A stretch of 42,709 nucleotides of DNA, from the IMG/VR virus record IMGVR_UViG_3300031772_000004, positions 1-42,709 of that record; one strand, 5' to 3'. This DNA comes from a virus. Lineage: Duplodnaviria; Heunggongvirae; Uroviricota; Caudoviricetes. Shown piece after piece: positions 28,757 through 37,499 of the stretch (position 1 is the first letter of the stretch; every line of letters starts with the position of its first letter). The position numbers were made by a program, and so were the translations under genes. Below the pieces are notes generated by a model that was given only the letters and a program-made list of their open reading frames with translations, was not told where the DNA came from and did no database searches.

Positions 28757-30787
28757 ATGAGTAAAATTTCACTGAAAAAGATTCTAAAAAAACCGCTTAA
28801 TGAAATCGGTTATAATGATGATGATTGGAATAAACTACAGAAATTGCAAAAATATGGTGAGCCAAATTATCATAGCATTCTTTTTAGTAAGGCTACGGCA
28901 AATTCCCTTAAAGCCAATGAATTTTTACACAATTTAGAGCGTGAAATTATAGAAAAAATAGTCTCACTTTTTCACACCAAATCAGAAGTTGGTTATGTTG
29001 AAATTATGAATGTCACAAAACACTATCCATTAGATACAGTCGTGCGATTATCCAATGTTATAGCTAAAACATTGGGATTTGTACATAATTCCGGAAAGTA
29101 TGGCTACATAAAAACTCCTGAATATCTTGACCCTAATCTTGAAGAAGAAATTATGCCACCCGCTAAAGATTGGGCAGAAAAATTTGGAAAACCACTTGAC
29201 CGCGGCGAAGCGCGTGGTTTTATGGATAAGGTTTCGATAGAAATCGAAAACAAGCTGTTGCCTCTTTTTACTAATAACTCCATAGTGTTATTTCGTGATA
29301 TTGTGGTTGCTACTAAAGGATTGCCCTTAGATACTACTATGTATTCTTCACAGAGGCTAGCAAAGAAATACGGATTTAAAATTAACGCAGATAAAAGTGG
29401 CTATATAAAAGATAATAGTGCCATTGCTGAACAAGGAAATAAGAATATGACAAAAACCCAATTTATTAATTTAATAAAAGAATGTATGCAAGAAAAACAG
29501 TTGAATGAGTCTGACCCATCTTATCAGCTTAAAAAGAAGATGGAACAGATTAGCAATCAAATTAGCTATCTTGAGGACAAGGATGACTATTATCGTGCTG
29601 GCCAGTTAAAGAAAGAATACGCAAAATTAAATGCACAATTGGTAAATCTTTCCAAGGGACCAGATGACAATTTAGTAAAGACAGAGGGGCGAGATGACTT
29701 AGAATTTCTTGGTGGCGGCGACGAAACAGATGCCGAAGAAATGGGCACTAAGACTAATGTATTGAAAGAAATAGATAAGGTTGTAAAAGAATATAAAGGT
29801 GGTCTTAAACTTGATGTTAAAGAATTGAATTATGCGGCTCAAGAGGAAGAAACTGATGTCAGTAAATTGTTTTTAGCAGATGTATTGTATGAAAGATTGA
29901 GCAATGTATTTTATAATAGAAATGCATCTAAGGAATCCACTTATATTCAAGTTAATAAACCAGCGGTTAAAGATGCAATCATTCTAAAAATAGGTGATAA
30001 TCCTATGGCATCCACGCTTGTTCCAGATGCTGGTAAATTGGTACCGCCAATTTCTTCTGATAAGGGAGTTGGTGTATTAAGTGGTGGTATGAACAAATTT
30101 GTTAGTCCTTACAATGGACCACAAAAAGAGTCTATGTTGCGGGAAATTGTTGGAAAGAAATTAAAGAGTCTTATTAAGGAATCCATCGAAGAAATAAAGG
30201 TAGAAAAAGCAAAGGGCAATATTACTATCGTGGAAGATATATTCGAAGATATTGTAAAGAAAGAAAATAAAGACGCTATAATGGTTGCAAATGACGCTGG
30301 TAATTTTACCATTCATAATTGTGGCTCACACTATTTTGATATTCGGCCGATGTGGAAAGAAAACTTTGATGTGGTGTATTTCAAAGATAAAGCTGACCGC
30401 GAGAGAAAGTTTAATTTGAATCCAAAAGCATTAAAAGAATATGTTAAATCGAAATTTGATGACGAATCAAATTATGTAATAAAAGCATATAATAAAAATG
30501 CGCCAAATCAGAAAGATGATAATAAAAAGGTAGAAGGCCAACCAGTAAGTGCCAATATAACTATTAAAAAGGTTTCTGATACCAAAAACGAAAACAAGGA
30601 CTACAACGAAAAGCAAGTAAAGAAAGACGAAGATTTGCCTGATAAACCCTTAGCCGAAGTCAAAAAGTTTGATAAACTATCTGACCACAGTGTTAAAGGT
30701 GATAAAGTCAAGTTTACACCGCCAAAGCAAGATAAAAAAGAAAAAGCACATCTTATCAAGTTGAAGAATAAAAAACTAAAAACATAA
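28757..30787 (+). CDS. Large multi-module hypothetical protein (candidate virion-internal polyprotein)
   Basis: Several LKxxIxE / LNE motifs, a duplicated ~60-aa domain, an internal SD-ATG at 29447 and a charged C-terminus. Confidence 0.75.
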   Translation: MSKISLKKILKKPLNEIGYNDDDWNKLQKLQKYGEPNYHSILFSKATANSLKANEFLHNLEREIIEKIVSLFHTKSEVGYVEIMNVTKHYPLDTVVRLSNVIAKTLGFVHNSGKYGYIKTPEYLDPNLEEEIMPPAKDWAEKFGKPLDRGEARGFMDKVSIEIENKLLPLFTNNSIVLFRDIVVATKGLPLDTTMYSSQRLAKKYGFKINADKSGYIKDNSAIAEQGNKNMTKTQFINLIKECMQEKQLNESDPSYQLKKKMEQISNQISYLEDKDDYYRAGQLKKEYAKLNAQLVNLSKGPDDNLVKTEGRDDLEFLGGGDETDAEEMGTKTNVLKEIDKVVKEYKGGLKLDVKELNYAAQEEETDVSKLFLADVLYERLSNVFYNRNASKESTYIQVNKPAVKDAIILKIGDNPMASTLVPDAGKLVPPISSDKGVGVLSGGMNKFVSPYNGPQKESMLREIVGKKLKSLIKESIEEIKVEKAKGNITIVEDIFEDIVKKENKDAIMVANDAGNFTIHNCGSHYFDIRPMWKENFDVVYFKDKADRERKFNLNPKALKEYVKSKFDDESNYVIKAYNKNAPNQKDDNKKVEGQPVSANITIKKVSDTKNENKDYNEKQVKKDEDLPDKPLAEVKKFDKLSDHSVKGDKVKFTPPKQDKKEKAHLIKLKNKKLKT

Positions 30788-30806
30788 TTGTGCATTTAAA
30801 TTTTAG

Positions 30807-30834
30807 TTGACTAATATAAAAAATCTGATATACT
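30807..30834 (+). promoter_or_regulatory. Sigma70-type promoter with extended -10 for the AAA-vWA pair
   Basis: TTGACT, 16-nt spacer, TG-a-TATACT; ATG follows 9 nt later. Confidence 0.7.
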
Positions 30835-30843
30835 AATATCAGA

Positions 30844-31818
30844 ATGAAAACAAAAGCTTTGGAAAATACTAAAAATGTTGATATAAATTCATTGGAAGAT
30901 TGTCAATCTTGTAAGCCGCCCACTCTTATTATTGATGATATTAAGTGGAAATATTTATATAGAAGTGTTATAAAAGGCAAAACCACCTTAATAATTGGTC
31001 CTACGGGAAGTGGCAAAACTCTTGCGGCTCATTCTATAGCAAAAGCTCTTAAACGAGAAGATAAGTTTTATTATTTTAATCTTGGGGCAATGACAGATGC
31101 TCGGTGTTCCCTTATAGGCAACACCCATTTTGATAAGGATACCGGTACAATTTTTGATGAATCTTTATTTGTCAAAGCTATAAAAACAAAGAATTCTATA
31201 ATTCTTCTTGATGAATTAAGTCGAGCGCATCATGATGCGGTAAATATTTTAATGACTGTATTGGATGAATTACAGCGCTATCTTAGAATTGACGAAAAAA
31301 AGGAATCCGATACTGTGAAAGTGGCTGATGGTGTAACCTTTATAGGGACAGCTAATATTGGAAATGAATATACCGCTACTAGAGTAATGGATAGAGCATT
31401 ATTGAATAGATTTTCTGTTAAAATCGAAATGAATCCTCTTTCAAAAGAAAAAGAGTTTGATTTGATGAAAGAACGGTTTAATCTAACCGATGAAAATCAA
31501 CTTAAAACATTGAATTCCATTGTTGAAATTGCAGAGCATACTCGAACGCAAATAAAGAGTGAAGACCCGAAGGTTAGCAATTTTCTATCAACGCGTTCAG
31601 TTGTTGAGATGACAGATTTATTAAAAGATGGATTTACGCTGAATGAAATTGCCGAAGCGGCTATTTATCCAAATTTTTCAAATGATGGTGGTGTAGATAG
31701 CGAAAGAGTGTATATGAAACAACTTGTGCAAAAATATTTAGAATCGCCAGTGGAACAATCTTCACCATTTTTCCCAGACCCAGACTCCCCAGTGCAACCA
31801 CCAGACCACCCATTTTAA
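30844..31818 (+). CDS. MoxR/CbbQ/CobS-like AAA+ ATPase
   Basis: GPTGSGKT (Walker A), ILLDELSR (Walker B), GTAN (sensor 1), MDRALLNRF (Arg finger). Confidence 0.9.
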   Translation: MKTKALENTKNVDINSLEDCQSCKPPTLIIDDIKWKYLYRSVIKGKTTLIIGPTGSGKTLAAHSIAKALKREDKFYYFNLGAMTDARCSLIGNTHFDKDTGTIFDESLFVKAIKTKNSIILLDELSRAHHDAVNILMTVLDELQRYLRIDEKKESDTVKVADGVTFIGTANIGNEYTATRVMDRALLNRFSVKIEMNPLSKEKEFDLMKERFNLTDENQLKTLNSIVEIAEHTRTQIKSEDPKVSNFLSTRSVVEMTDLLKDGFTLNEIAEAAIYPNFSNDGGVDSERVYMKQLVQKYLESPVEQSSPFFPDPDSPVQPPDHPF

Positions 31819-31821
31819 TTT

Positions 31822-33876
31822 ATGAAAAAAGTTAAAGAGGAAATTTATTCTGATTATTGGTTAGATGAAGTCTTATATCAAGAAGAAGAATCTAATTCGG
31901 CAATTAACACCGATTTGATTAAACTAGCCGCTTCTCGAAGACTTGTATCTAATTTTGTAAATATTTTAACTGGAAAAAGTATCATTGTAAATTTTTCTGA
32001 TACAAAACTTGGTAGTGGAATGAGTTTTACGGATGGCAATAGAATATGGCTCTCTGCGGATATAGAAAAAAGGAAAGATTTTGACGTTGCTGTTGGTCTT
32101 TCCTTACATGAAGGGAGTCATATTCTATTGACCGATTTTAATTTAGCAAAAACACTATGGCAAAAAGTGCCAAGATATTTGTATGATATAGCCGAACCAA
32201 AATTGATTTTTAAAGAAACGGTAGCAGATATTCTTCAAATAATGTTTAACTATGTTGAGGATAGATATATAGATTTTTATATATACAAAACATCTCCCGG
32301 CTATCGAGGATATTATTCCGCATTATATGACAAATTTTACAATAACAAAATAATTGATGATTTGCTAAAGTCTTCAGATTTTAGAGAATCAGATATATCA
32401 TCTTATAAATATAGAATTATAAACTTAACAAATGAAAACACAGATTTGAATGCTCTTCCTGGATTAAAACAGATATGGGATGTGATTGATTTAAAAAATA
32501 TACAACGCCTGTCTACAACTCAAGATAGATTTGATATTGCGTGTAAAATTTCTGAAATCATATTAAACAATATTACTAATAATGCTATAGCATCGCCAAC
32601 AAAACAAGATGAATCTGGTGGCGACGAATTATTAAAGCCATTCGATGATATCAGTGGAAACACCCCAATTCCAAACACTTCTTCTCCGCTGCCTTCGACC
32701 ACAGATGATACAAGCAAACCTTCTGATTTAAAACCATTATCTCCAGCAAAACGGGAGAAAGCAATAAAAGCATTAGAAAAACAAAAAGATTTTTTGAGTG
32801 GAAATGTAAAAAAGAAAAAACTTATAAAGAAAGATAAAAGGCTTTTAGATTTAATTGAAAAAAATAATATAACTATATCTATTGTTGGTAAAGATTACGA
32901 TACCAGCGAAGCCTCAGATAAAGTTGGTGGAGTGGATTGCATTTTTGTAAAAAATCTTACAAAAGAATTAATTGCAGATGATACATTTCCATTATCAGAC
33001 CATAATGTATTTAAGATAAAGACAGAAGAAGATACAGAAAATACTCTTGCGGTTAAGCGTGGCATCACGCTTGGAACATTATTGGGCAGCAAATTGCAGA
33101 TACGAAACGAAGAGAATTACACTAAATTTTTACGGCGCACAACAGGAAAATTAGAAAAAAGAACTTTGTTTGAATTGGGGTGGGATTCAGATTCAATCTT
33201 TTCTTCACACTATGTTGATAAATACAAGAATATTAACATTCATTTATCGGTAGATGCTAGTTCATCCATGCGCAATAAAAAGTGGACAACTACAATGACT
33301 GCAGTTGTTGCTATTTGCAAAGCTGCATCAATGATAAATAATATTAATGTATCGGTGACTTTTAGAACAACGGCTATTGGTGGGCATTCTTCAAAAAGTC
33401 AATTACCATATGTTGTTTTAGCTTATGATTCTCAAAAAGATAAATTTACAAAAATAGTAAATTTATTTCCATGTTTAATACCATCCGGATTTACACCAGA
33501 AGGTTTAGCCTTTGAAGCAATTATAGATAACATTCAAAATCCCGACCCTGACAGTTTGTATTATTTTATTAATTTTTCTGATGGTGAACCATTTATGCAT
33601 TATAGCGTTGGTGAGTTATATTATACGTACAGAGATGAAAAGGCCGCGGCTCATACTCACCGGCAAGTAACAAAGATTAAAAATAAAGGGTATGAAATAC
33701 TTTCTTATTTTATAAAAGAGAAAAATTATGATTATGACCTATCTTCTGACAATGGTGATAAATTGGTAAGACAATTTAAAAAAATGTATGGAGAAAATGC
33801 AAGTTTTATAAATATTGAAAACGTTGTGGAAATCGCTAAATCTTTAAATATAATGTTTTTAAAAAAGGCTTTATAA
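31822..33876 (+). CDS. vWA-domain partner (CobT-like) with N-terminal HExxH metallopeptidase-like domain
   Basis: LSLHEGSHIL (HExxH); C-terminal MIDAS residues VDASSSM, GFTPE and FSDGEP; immediately follows the AAA+ gene. Confidence 0.85.
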   Translation: MKKVKEEIYSDYWLDEVLYQEEESNSAINTDLIKLAASRRLVSNFVNILTGKSIIVNFSDTKLGSGMSFTDGNRIWLSADIEKRKDFDVAVGLSLHEGSHILLTDFNLAKTLWQKVPRYLYDIAEPKLIFKETVADILQIMFNYVEDRYIDFYIYKTSPGYRGYYSALYDKFYNNKIIDDLLKSSDFRESDISSYKYRIINLTNENTDLNALPGLKQIWDVIDLKNIQRLSTTQDRFDIACKISEIILNNITNNAIASPTKQDESGGDELLKPFDDISGNTPIPNTSSPLPSTTDDTSKPSDLKPLSPAKREKAIKALEKQKDFLSGNVKKKKLIKKDKRLLDLIEKNNITISIVGKDYDTSEASDKVGGVDCIFVKNLTKELIADDTFPLSDHNVFKIKTEEDTENTLAVKRGITLGTLLGSKLQIRNEENYTKFLRRTTGKLEKRTLFELGWDSDSIFSSHYVDKYKNINIHLSVDASSSMRNKKWTTTMTAVVAICKAASMINNINVSVTFRTTAIGGHSSKSQLPYVVLAYDSQKDKFTKIVNLFPCLIPSGFTPEGLAFEAIIDNIQNPDPDSLYYFINFSDGEPFMHYSVGELYYTYRDEKAAAHTHRQVTKIKNKGYEILSYFIKEKNYDYDLSSDNGDKLVRQFKKMYGENASFINIENVVEIAKSLNIMFLKKAL

Positions 33877-33884
33877 GTATTGTG

Positions 33885-33913
33885 TTGACAAAAGTATTGT
33901 TTCATAGTATCTT
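33885..33913 (+). promoter_or_regulatory. Sigma70-type promoter
   Basis: TTGACA, 17-nt spacer, TATCTT; AAGGAAG upstream of ATG 33938. Confidence 0.65.
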
Positions 33914-33937
33914 ATAAGAAAGGAAGATAGTATATAG

Positions 33938-34321
33938 ATGAATACAAAAAAGACAAATAGAAAAAATAAGACAAACTTGACGGTTAAGTGGCCATCAAGC
34001 CATTTTACAATTGACGCACTCAGTAAGTTAAATCCTGAGTTTGTTAATATTACACTCCGCGTGAGATTGAATAACGCCATTGAAGCAAAACAAGTGACTT
34101 CAATTGGTACATTCCACGTTGGTAAAGGCCGGCCAAAGTTGATATTTGCTAACCTGCCAGTAAGTGAAGCCATTATTAAAGATGCGCGGACTTCTGGAGT
34201 AATGCTTAACGAAGCATATAATTCGGTGGATGTTACAACGGTAACAACTCCAACAAATAATGCACCGACAAAGGTAGTAACGACAACCGTAACACCGGTT
34301 AAAACTGCCGTAAAGGTTTAA
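33938..34321 (+). CDS. Small basic protein, possible winged-helix DNA-binding regulator
   Basis: FTIDAL...ITLRVRLNNAI...GKGRPKLIF pattern (helix-helix-wing with GRP); Thr/Val-rich tail. Confidence 0.5.
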   Translation: MNTKKTNRKNKTNLTVKWPSSHFTIDALSKLNPEFVNITLRVRLNNAIEAKQVTSIGTFHVGKGRPKLIFANLPVSEAIIKDARTSGVMLNEAYNSVDVTTVTTPTNNAPTKVVTTTVTPVKTAVKV

Positions 34322-34336
34322 TACCACGGGAAATGA

Positions 34337-34370
34337 TGTGTGCTGAGCGCCCCCAGCACACAATATTTTT
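34337..34370 (+). terminator. Probable terminator/attenuator hairpin
   Basis: TGTGTGCTG / CAGCACACA 9-bp stem with an 8-nt loop, followed by ATATTTTT. Confidence 0.6.
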
Positions 34371-34637
34371 ATGAAAGAAATAGCTAAAAAAATAGTTTTG
34401 CATTTACAAAAAGGACAGATTCAAACTCCGTCCATATTATACACTTCCTCCGAAGATTTTTTAGATTTTAAAGAACCCGAAAAAGTCATTGGAGATAATG
34501 TTGAACGGCGAGGTAGAACAAAACTTACAAATCAAGCAAATGCGGATATTTACGAAGTGTGGCAGATTTTAAATTCCTCAAAATCGAAAAATAAATTGAT
34601 AATGGAATTCAAACTAATTTATCGCTCCACAAAATAA
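34371..34637 (+). CDS. Hypothetical protein
   Basis: 88-aa ORF tightly packed before the next gene. Confidence 0.65.
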   Translation: MKEIAKKIVLHLQKGQIQTPSILYTSSEDFLDFKEPEKVIGDNVERRGRTKLTNQANADIYEVWQILNSSKSKNKLIMEFKLIYRSTK

Positions 34638-34639
34638 TC

Positions 34640-35815
34640 ATGAATATATCATCTAATCAATTCTTTGATGTGATTGATTTTGATTACGAAAAAGAGAAAA
34701 AAAAGTTTGTTGAACACATGTCCTACTTGAAAAAGATGGATGTGTTTGAACAAACTTTTTACAAAAAATGGGTAGAGGTAAGAGCTTATAAAAAATTCAT
34801 TGGAAAGTTATCTACTGTTAAAGCAAAGATATGGATGCCTTCTGATATTAATGATGAACAGCAAACTATACAAGAAATACAAAATTTAAATCCAATTATT
34901 AAATTGGTGGATGATTCCGAAGAAGAAGATTGGTTGATATTGAGACTCTTTGGACACACCATGGAATTTTCTCAAACCCCCGGCCGCTTTCTAAAGTTTC
35001 TAATTACTAGTGATGATAAATATTTAGGTGTGGTATCAATTTCCAGCGATGTTATTTGCATTCAAGATAGGGACAAATATCTTGGTTGGACATCTGTAAA
35101 TAAATTAAAAGGGAATAAAAAGATTAACAATAGTGCAATTGGAAGTTGTATTATGAGCACGCAACCATTTGGATATAATTTTCTCGGGGGCAAATTGATA
35201 GCTTGTTTAATAACCACCGATGTTATTCGAGACAAGTGGAAAGAATTATATGGCAATGTATTGGCCGGAATGACTACAACTAGCTTATATGGAAGTTATA
35301 GTATGTATAATAGTTTAAAGTGGTGGCATAAATGCGGTTCAAGCGCTGGAAAGGTTGCTTTAAAGCCAGATGATAATTATTATAAGATATGGCATGACTA
35401 TATTAAGATACACCACAAAGTAAAATACGATAAGATGATGACACAAAAAGAAGGGGTGTCAGGGCCGGTTACCGCCGCGAAGCAACGGGCGTTAGGTGTT
35501 ATTTTTTCAGAATTGGGGATGAAGCAGAAAGATTTTATTCATGGCTTTTTAAGGGGGACATATTATTCTTGTTTTTATGAGAATACCAAAGATTTTTTAT
35601 GCGATAAAATCACAGAGGATAAATTGAAGTTAAAGCCTTTATTTGCTGGTGGTAAGAACGAAATATTAAATTGGTGGAAACCAAAAGCAATTGAACGCTA
35701 TATCAATTTAAAGAAGCAAAATCAGTTAAAGTCTGATATTCTATTTTATGATAAAATGATTGACCTTAACTATGAAGATGCAAAGACAATGTATTTAGGT
35801 GATGTTGGACGGTAA
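34640..35815 (+). CDS. DUF4338 / DruA-like protein, long form
   Basis: PGRFLKFLI...YLGVVSISSDVICIQDRDKYLGW...STQPFGYNFLGGKLIA...TTTSLYG, recalled as DUF4338-type motifs. Confidence 0.65.
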   Translation: MNISSNQFFDVIDFDYEKEKKKFVEHMSYLKKMDVFEQTFYKKWVEVRAYKKFIGKLSTVKAKIWMPSDINDEQQTIQEIQNLNPIIKLVDDSEEEDWLILRLFGHTMEFSQTPGRFLKFLITSDDKYLGVVSISSDVICIQDRDKYLGWTSVNKLKGNKKINNSAIGSCIMSTQPFGYNFLGGKLIACLITTDVIRDKWKELYGNVLAGMTTTSLYGSYSMYNSLKWWHKCGSSAGKVALKPDDNYYKIWHDYIKIHHKVKYDKMMTQKEGVSGPVTAAKQRALGVIFSELGMKQKDFIHGFLRGTYYSCFYENTKDFLCDKITEDKLKLKPLFAGGKNEILNWWKPKAIERYINLKKQNQLKSDILFYDKMIDLNYEDAKTMYLGDVGR

Positions 35816-35841
35816 TTAAGAAATTATTCTTATATAAATAG

Positions 35842-35870
35842 TTGACAATTTCATTCAAGTTTGTTATTTT
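35842..35870 (+). promoter_or_regulatory. Sigma70-type promoter for the QueC-like gene
   Basis: TTGACA, 17-nt spacer, TG-t-TATTTT; ATG 35879 follows 8 nt later. Confidence 0.5.
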
Positions 35871-35878
35871 TATATGAT

Positions 35879-36619
35879 ATGAATAACAAAGTTTTACTTG
35901 TGTGGTCTGGTGGTTGTGATTCAACATTATCCTTATTACGACTGCTCAAAGAAAAAAAGCGTGTTCGAACTATATCAGTTATTCATCCACAAATTTATGC
36001 CGTCGCTGAAAATGCTGCAGCCCGTCTTGCTATTCATCGAAGATTGTTTGAAATGGGACATATTCTTGACCATGTTGGTGAAGTTGTAATTACTACGCCA
36101 ACCAGACGACACATTGATATTGATGGAGCAAATAATGGTGGATTAATACAGCCAAACATTTGGTTGGGCATAGCCGCCTCTTATTTAGAGCAGGATGAAG
36201 ATTTAGCATTCGGTTATATGCGCACCGACGATTTCTGGCATTATAAGACAGAATTTAATGTTGCGTTTAAACATTTTACAAAAATACTTGCAAAAGAATC
36301 CAGTGAATTAATATTTCCGCTTGAATGGAAAAATAAAGCAGAAATTATAAAAGAATTACTTGACAATGATTTGTTGAAGTATTGTTGGACATGCGAAACT
36401 CCAACACTATATGGATTTAGTTGTGGGAATTGTACTCCATGTAAACATATGATAGATGCGTGTAAAGAAATAAATATAGAATTTCCTTTTCATTTACAAG
36501 AAGTAAAAATTGATAAAATAATAGAAGATTCTAAGTTGGTGGAAATAATGACAATTTCCGAATCCGAAAAGGTGAAAGAGTCTGTTAATGTTCTACCATG
36601 TGTTAATGTGGCTGTGTAA
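35879..36619 (+). CDS. queC: QueC-like (7-cyano-7-deazaguanine synthase family) PP-loop ATPase
   Basis: VLLVWSGGCDST PP-loop and C-terminal Zn motif CWTC...CGNCTPC; start re-called to ATG 35879. Confidence 0.7.
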   Translation: MNNKVLLVWSGGCDSTLSLLRLLKEKKRVRTISVIHPQIYAVAENAAARLAIHRRLFEMGHILDHVGEVVITTPTRRHIDIDGANNGGLIQPNIWLGIAASYLEQDEDLAFGYMRTDDFWHYKTEFNVAFKHFTKILAKESSELIFPLEWKNKAEIIKELLDNDLLKYCWTCETPTLYGFSCGNCTPCKHMIDACKEINIEFPFHLQEVKIDKIIEDSKLVEIMTISESEKVKESVNVLPCVNVAV

Positions 36620-36620
36620 T

Positions 36621-37016
36621 ATGCGGAATGTAAAATTTTTAATAGCAGAAGGTGGGGGTAAGGATAATTTATATACGAAGTCTGGAACAATTGTATCTAA
36701 TGGTTATAATAGAATTGTTAAAGGGCAACGGGGAGCATATGTAGAATTTACGGATAGTCAAATACTTCTTAAATCATTTCACATTCCAAAAAATCAATTG
36801 TATAGACTTACCGATTTAAGAATCTATTATATAGAAATGAGAAGCACCGACGCTTCCAATGCAAAACTTTATTATCAGAAAAAAACAGTCGCATATGCTG
36901 ATTATAAGATTGGTATGTTTTATGTTTCCCCAAATGATTTATACTTAGAAGATAAACGATGTATTTTAGAAAAAATTACAAAAATCAACGAAAAAAACAG
37001 CGAATTCTTTGAATAG
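36621..37016 (+). CDS. Hypothetical protein
   Basis: ATG 36621 lies just after the queC-like stop; GYNRIVKGQRGAYVEF...YYQKKTVAYADYKIG; ends EFFE. Confidence 0.7.
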   Translation: MRNVKFLIAEGGGKDNLYTKSGTIVSNGYNRIVKGQRGAYVEFTDSQILLKSFHIPKNQLYRLTDLRIYYIEMRSTDASNAKLYYQKKTVAYADYKIGMFYVSPNDLYLEDKRCILEKITKINEKNSEFFE

Positions 37017-37136
37017 GGTCTTTCTATATAAACCTAATAAAGACGCATAGAATCGACTCCCAGAATTAATTAAAGGGGTTTATTTAAACCTTTAAGACCG
37101 CAGGAATATATTTAATATATAATAACCAATAAGATA

Positions 37137-37165
37137 TTGACTAAAGGGTTGAAAACGCCTATAAT
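37137..37165 (+). promoter_or_regulatory. Near-consensus sigma70 promoter
   Basis: TTGACT, 17-nt spacer, TATAAT. Confidence 0.85.
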
Positions 37166-37214
37166 ACACAATGGATTCAGTAAAACGCTGGAAACAATAA
37201 AGGAAAAATAGTAT

Positions 37215-37427
37215 ATGGTTATTAAAACAAACAAAAACAATAGAACATACTTTGTGTATGATAAGAATGGTGGTATAGAGACATTTATTTCTACGCCATT
37301 TGCAGGAGCAAAGAAGGCTACACGCTTGACAATTCGTGATGGCTACGAAAGGCTAGAATTGAATGGTCGTCAAGTCCGTTCACTGCGAGCCGTCTTGGAT
37401 AAGGCCGAAGAGCTTTCTTGCAGCTAA
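37215..37427 (+). CDS. Small hypothetical protein (own strong promoter and hairpin)
   Basis: AAGGA Shine-Dalgarno; 70 aa; includes RLELNGRQVRSLRAVL. Confidence 0.75.
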   Translation: MVIKTNKNNRTYFVYDKNGGIETFISTPFAGAKKATRLTIRDGYERLELNGRQVRSLRAVLDKAEELSCS

Positions 37428-37433
37428 AAAACT

Positions 37434-37475
37434 TGGAAAAGGGAACGGAAGCAATAAAACTTCCGTTCTCTTCCA
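37434..37475 (+). terminator. Long GC-rich hairpin (terminator or processing site)
   Basis: GAACGGAAG / CTTCCGTTC core, extendable through TGGAAAAGG / TCTTCCA with a bulge; no clear U-tract. Confidence 0.6.
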
Positions 37476-37499
37476 GATTATAAAACAAGAGCAAAATTT

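Noticed and set aside
24982-33876. Cobalamin-biosynthesis link between nrdJ and the CobS/CobT-like pair
   Set aside because: No CobN or other cob genes were seen. MoxR-vWA pairs are general chaperones, so the CobS/T label does not imply B12 synthesis.
35833-35840. Exact T4 late promoter TATAAATA upstream of the QueC-like gene
   Set aside because: A single sense-strand instance noticed in AT-rich DNA, abutting a sigma70 -35 box; structural genes do not carry it in this orientation.
35879-36619. Complete 7-deazaguanine DNA-modification pathway
   Set aside because: folE, queD, queE and dpdA were not recognised in the window, so the pathway cannot be claimed from QueC-like alone.
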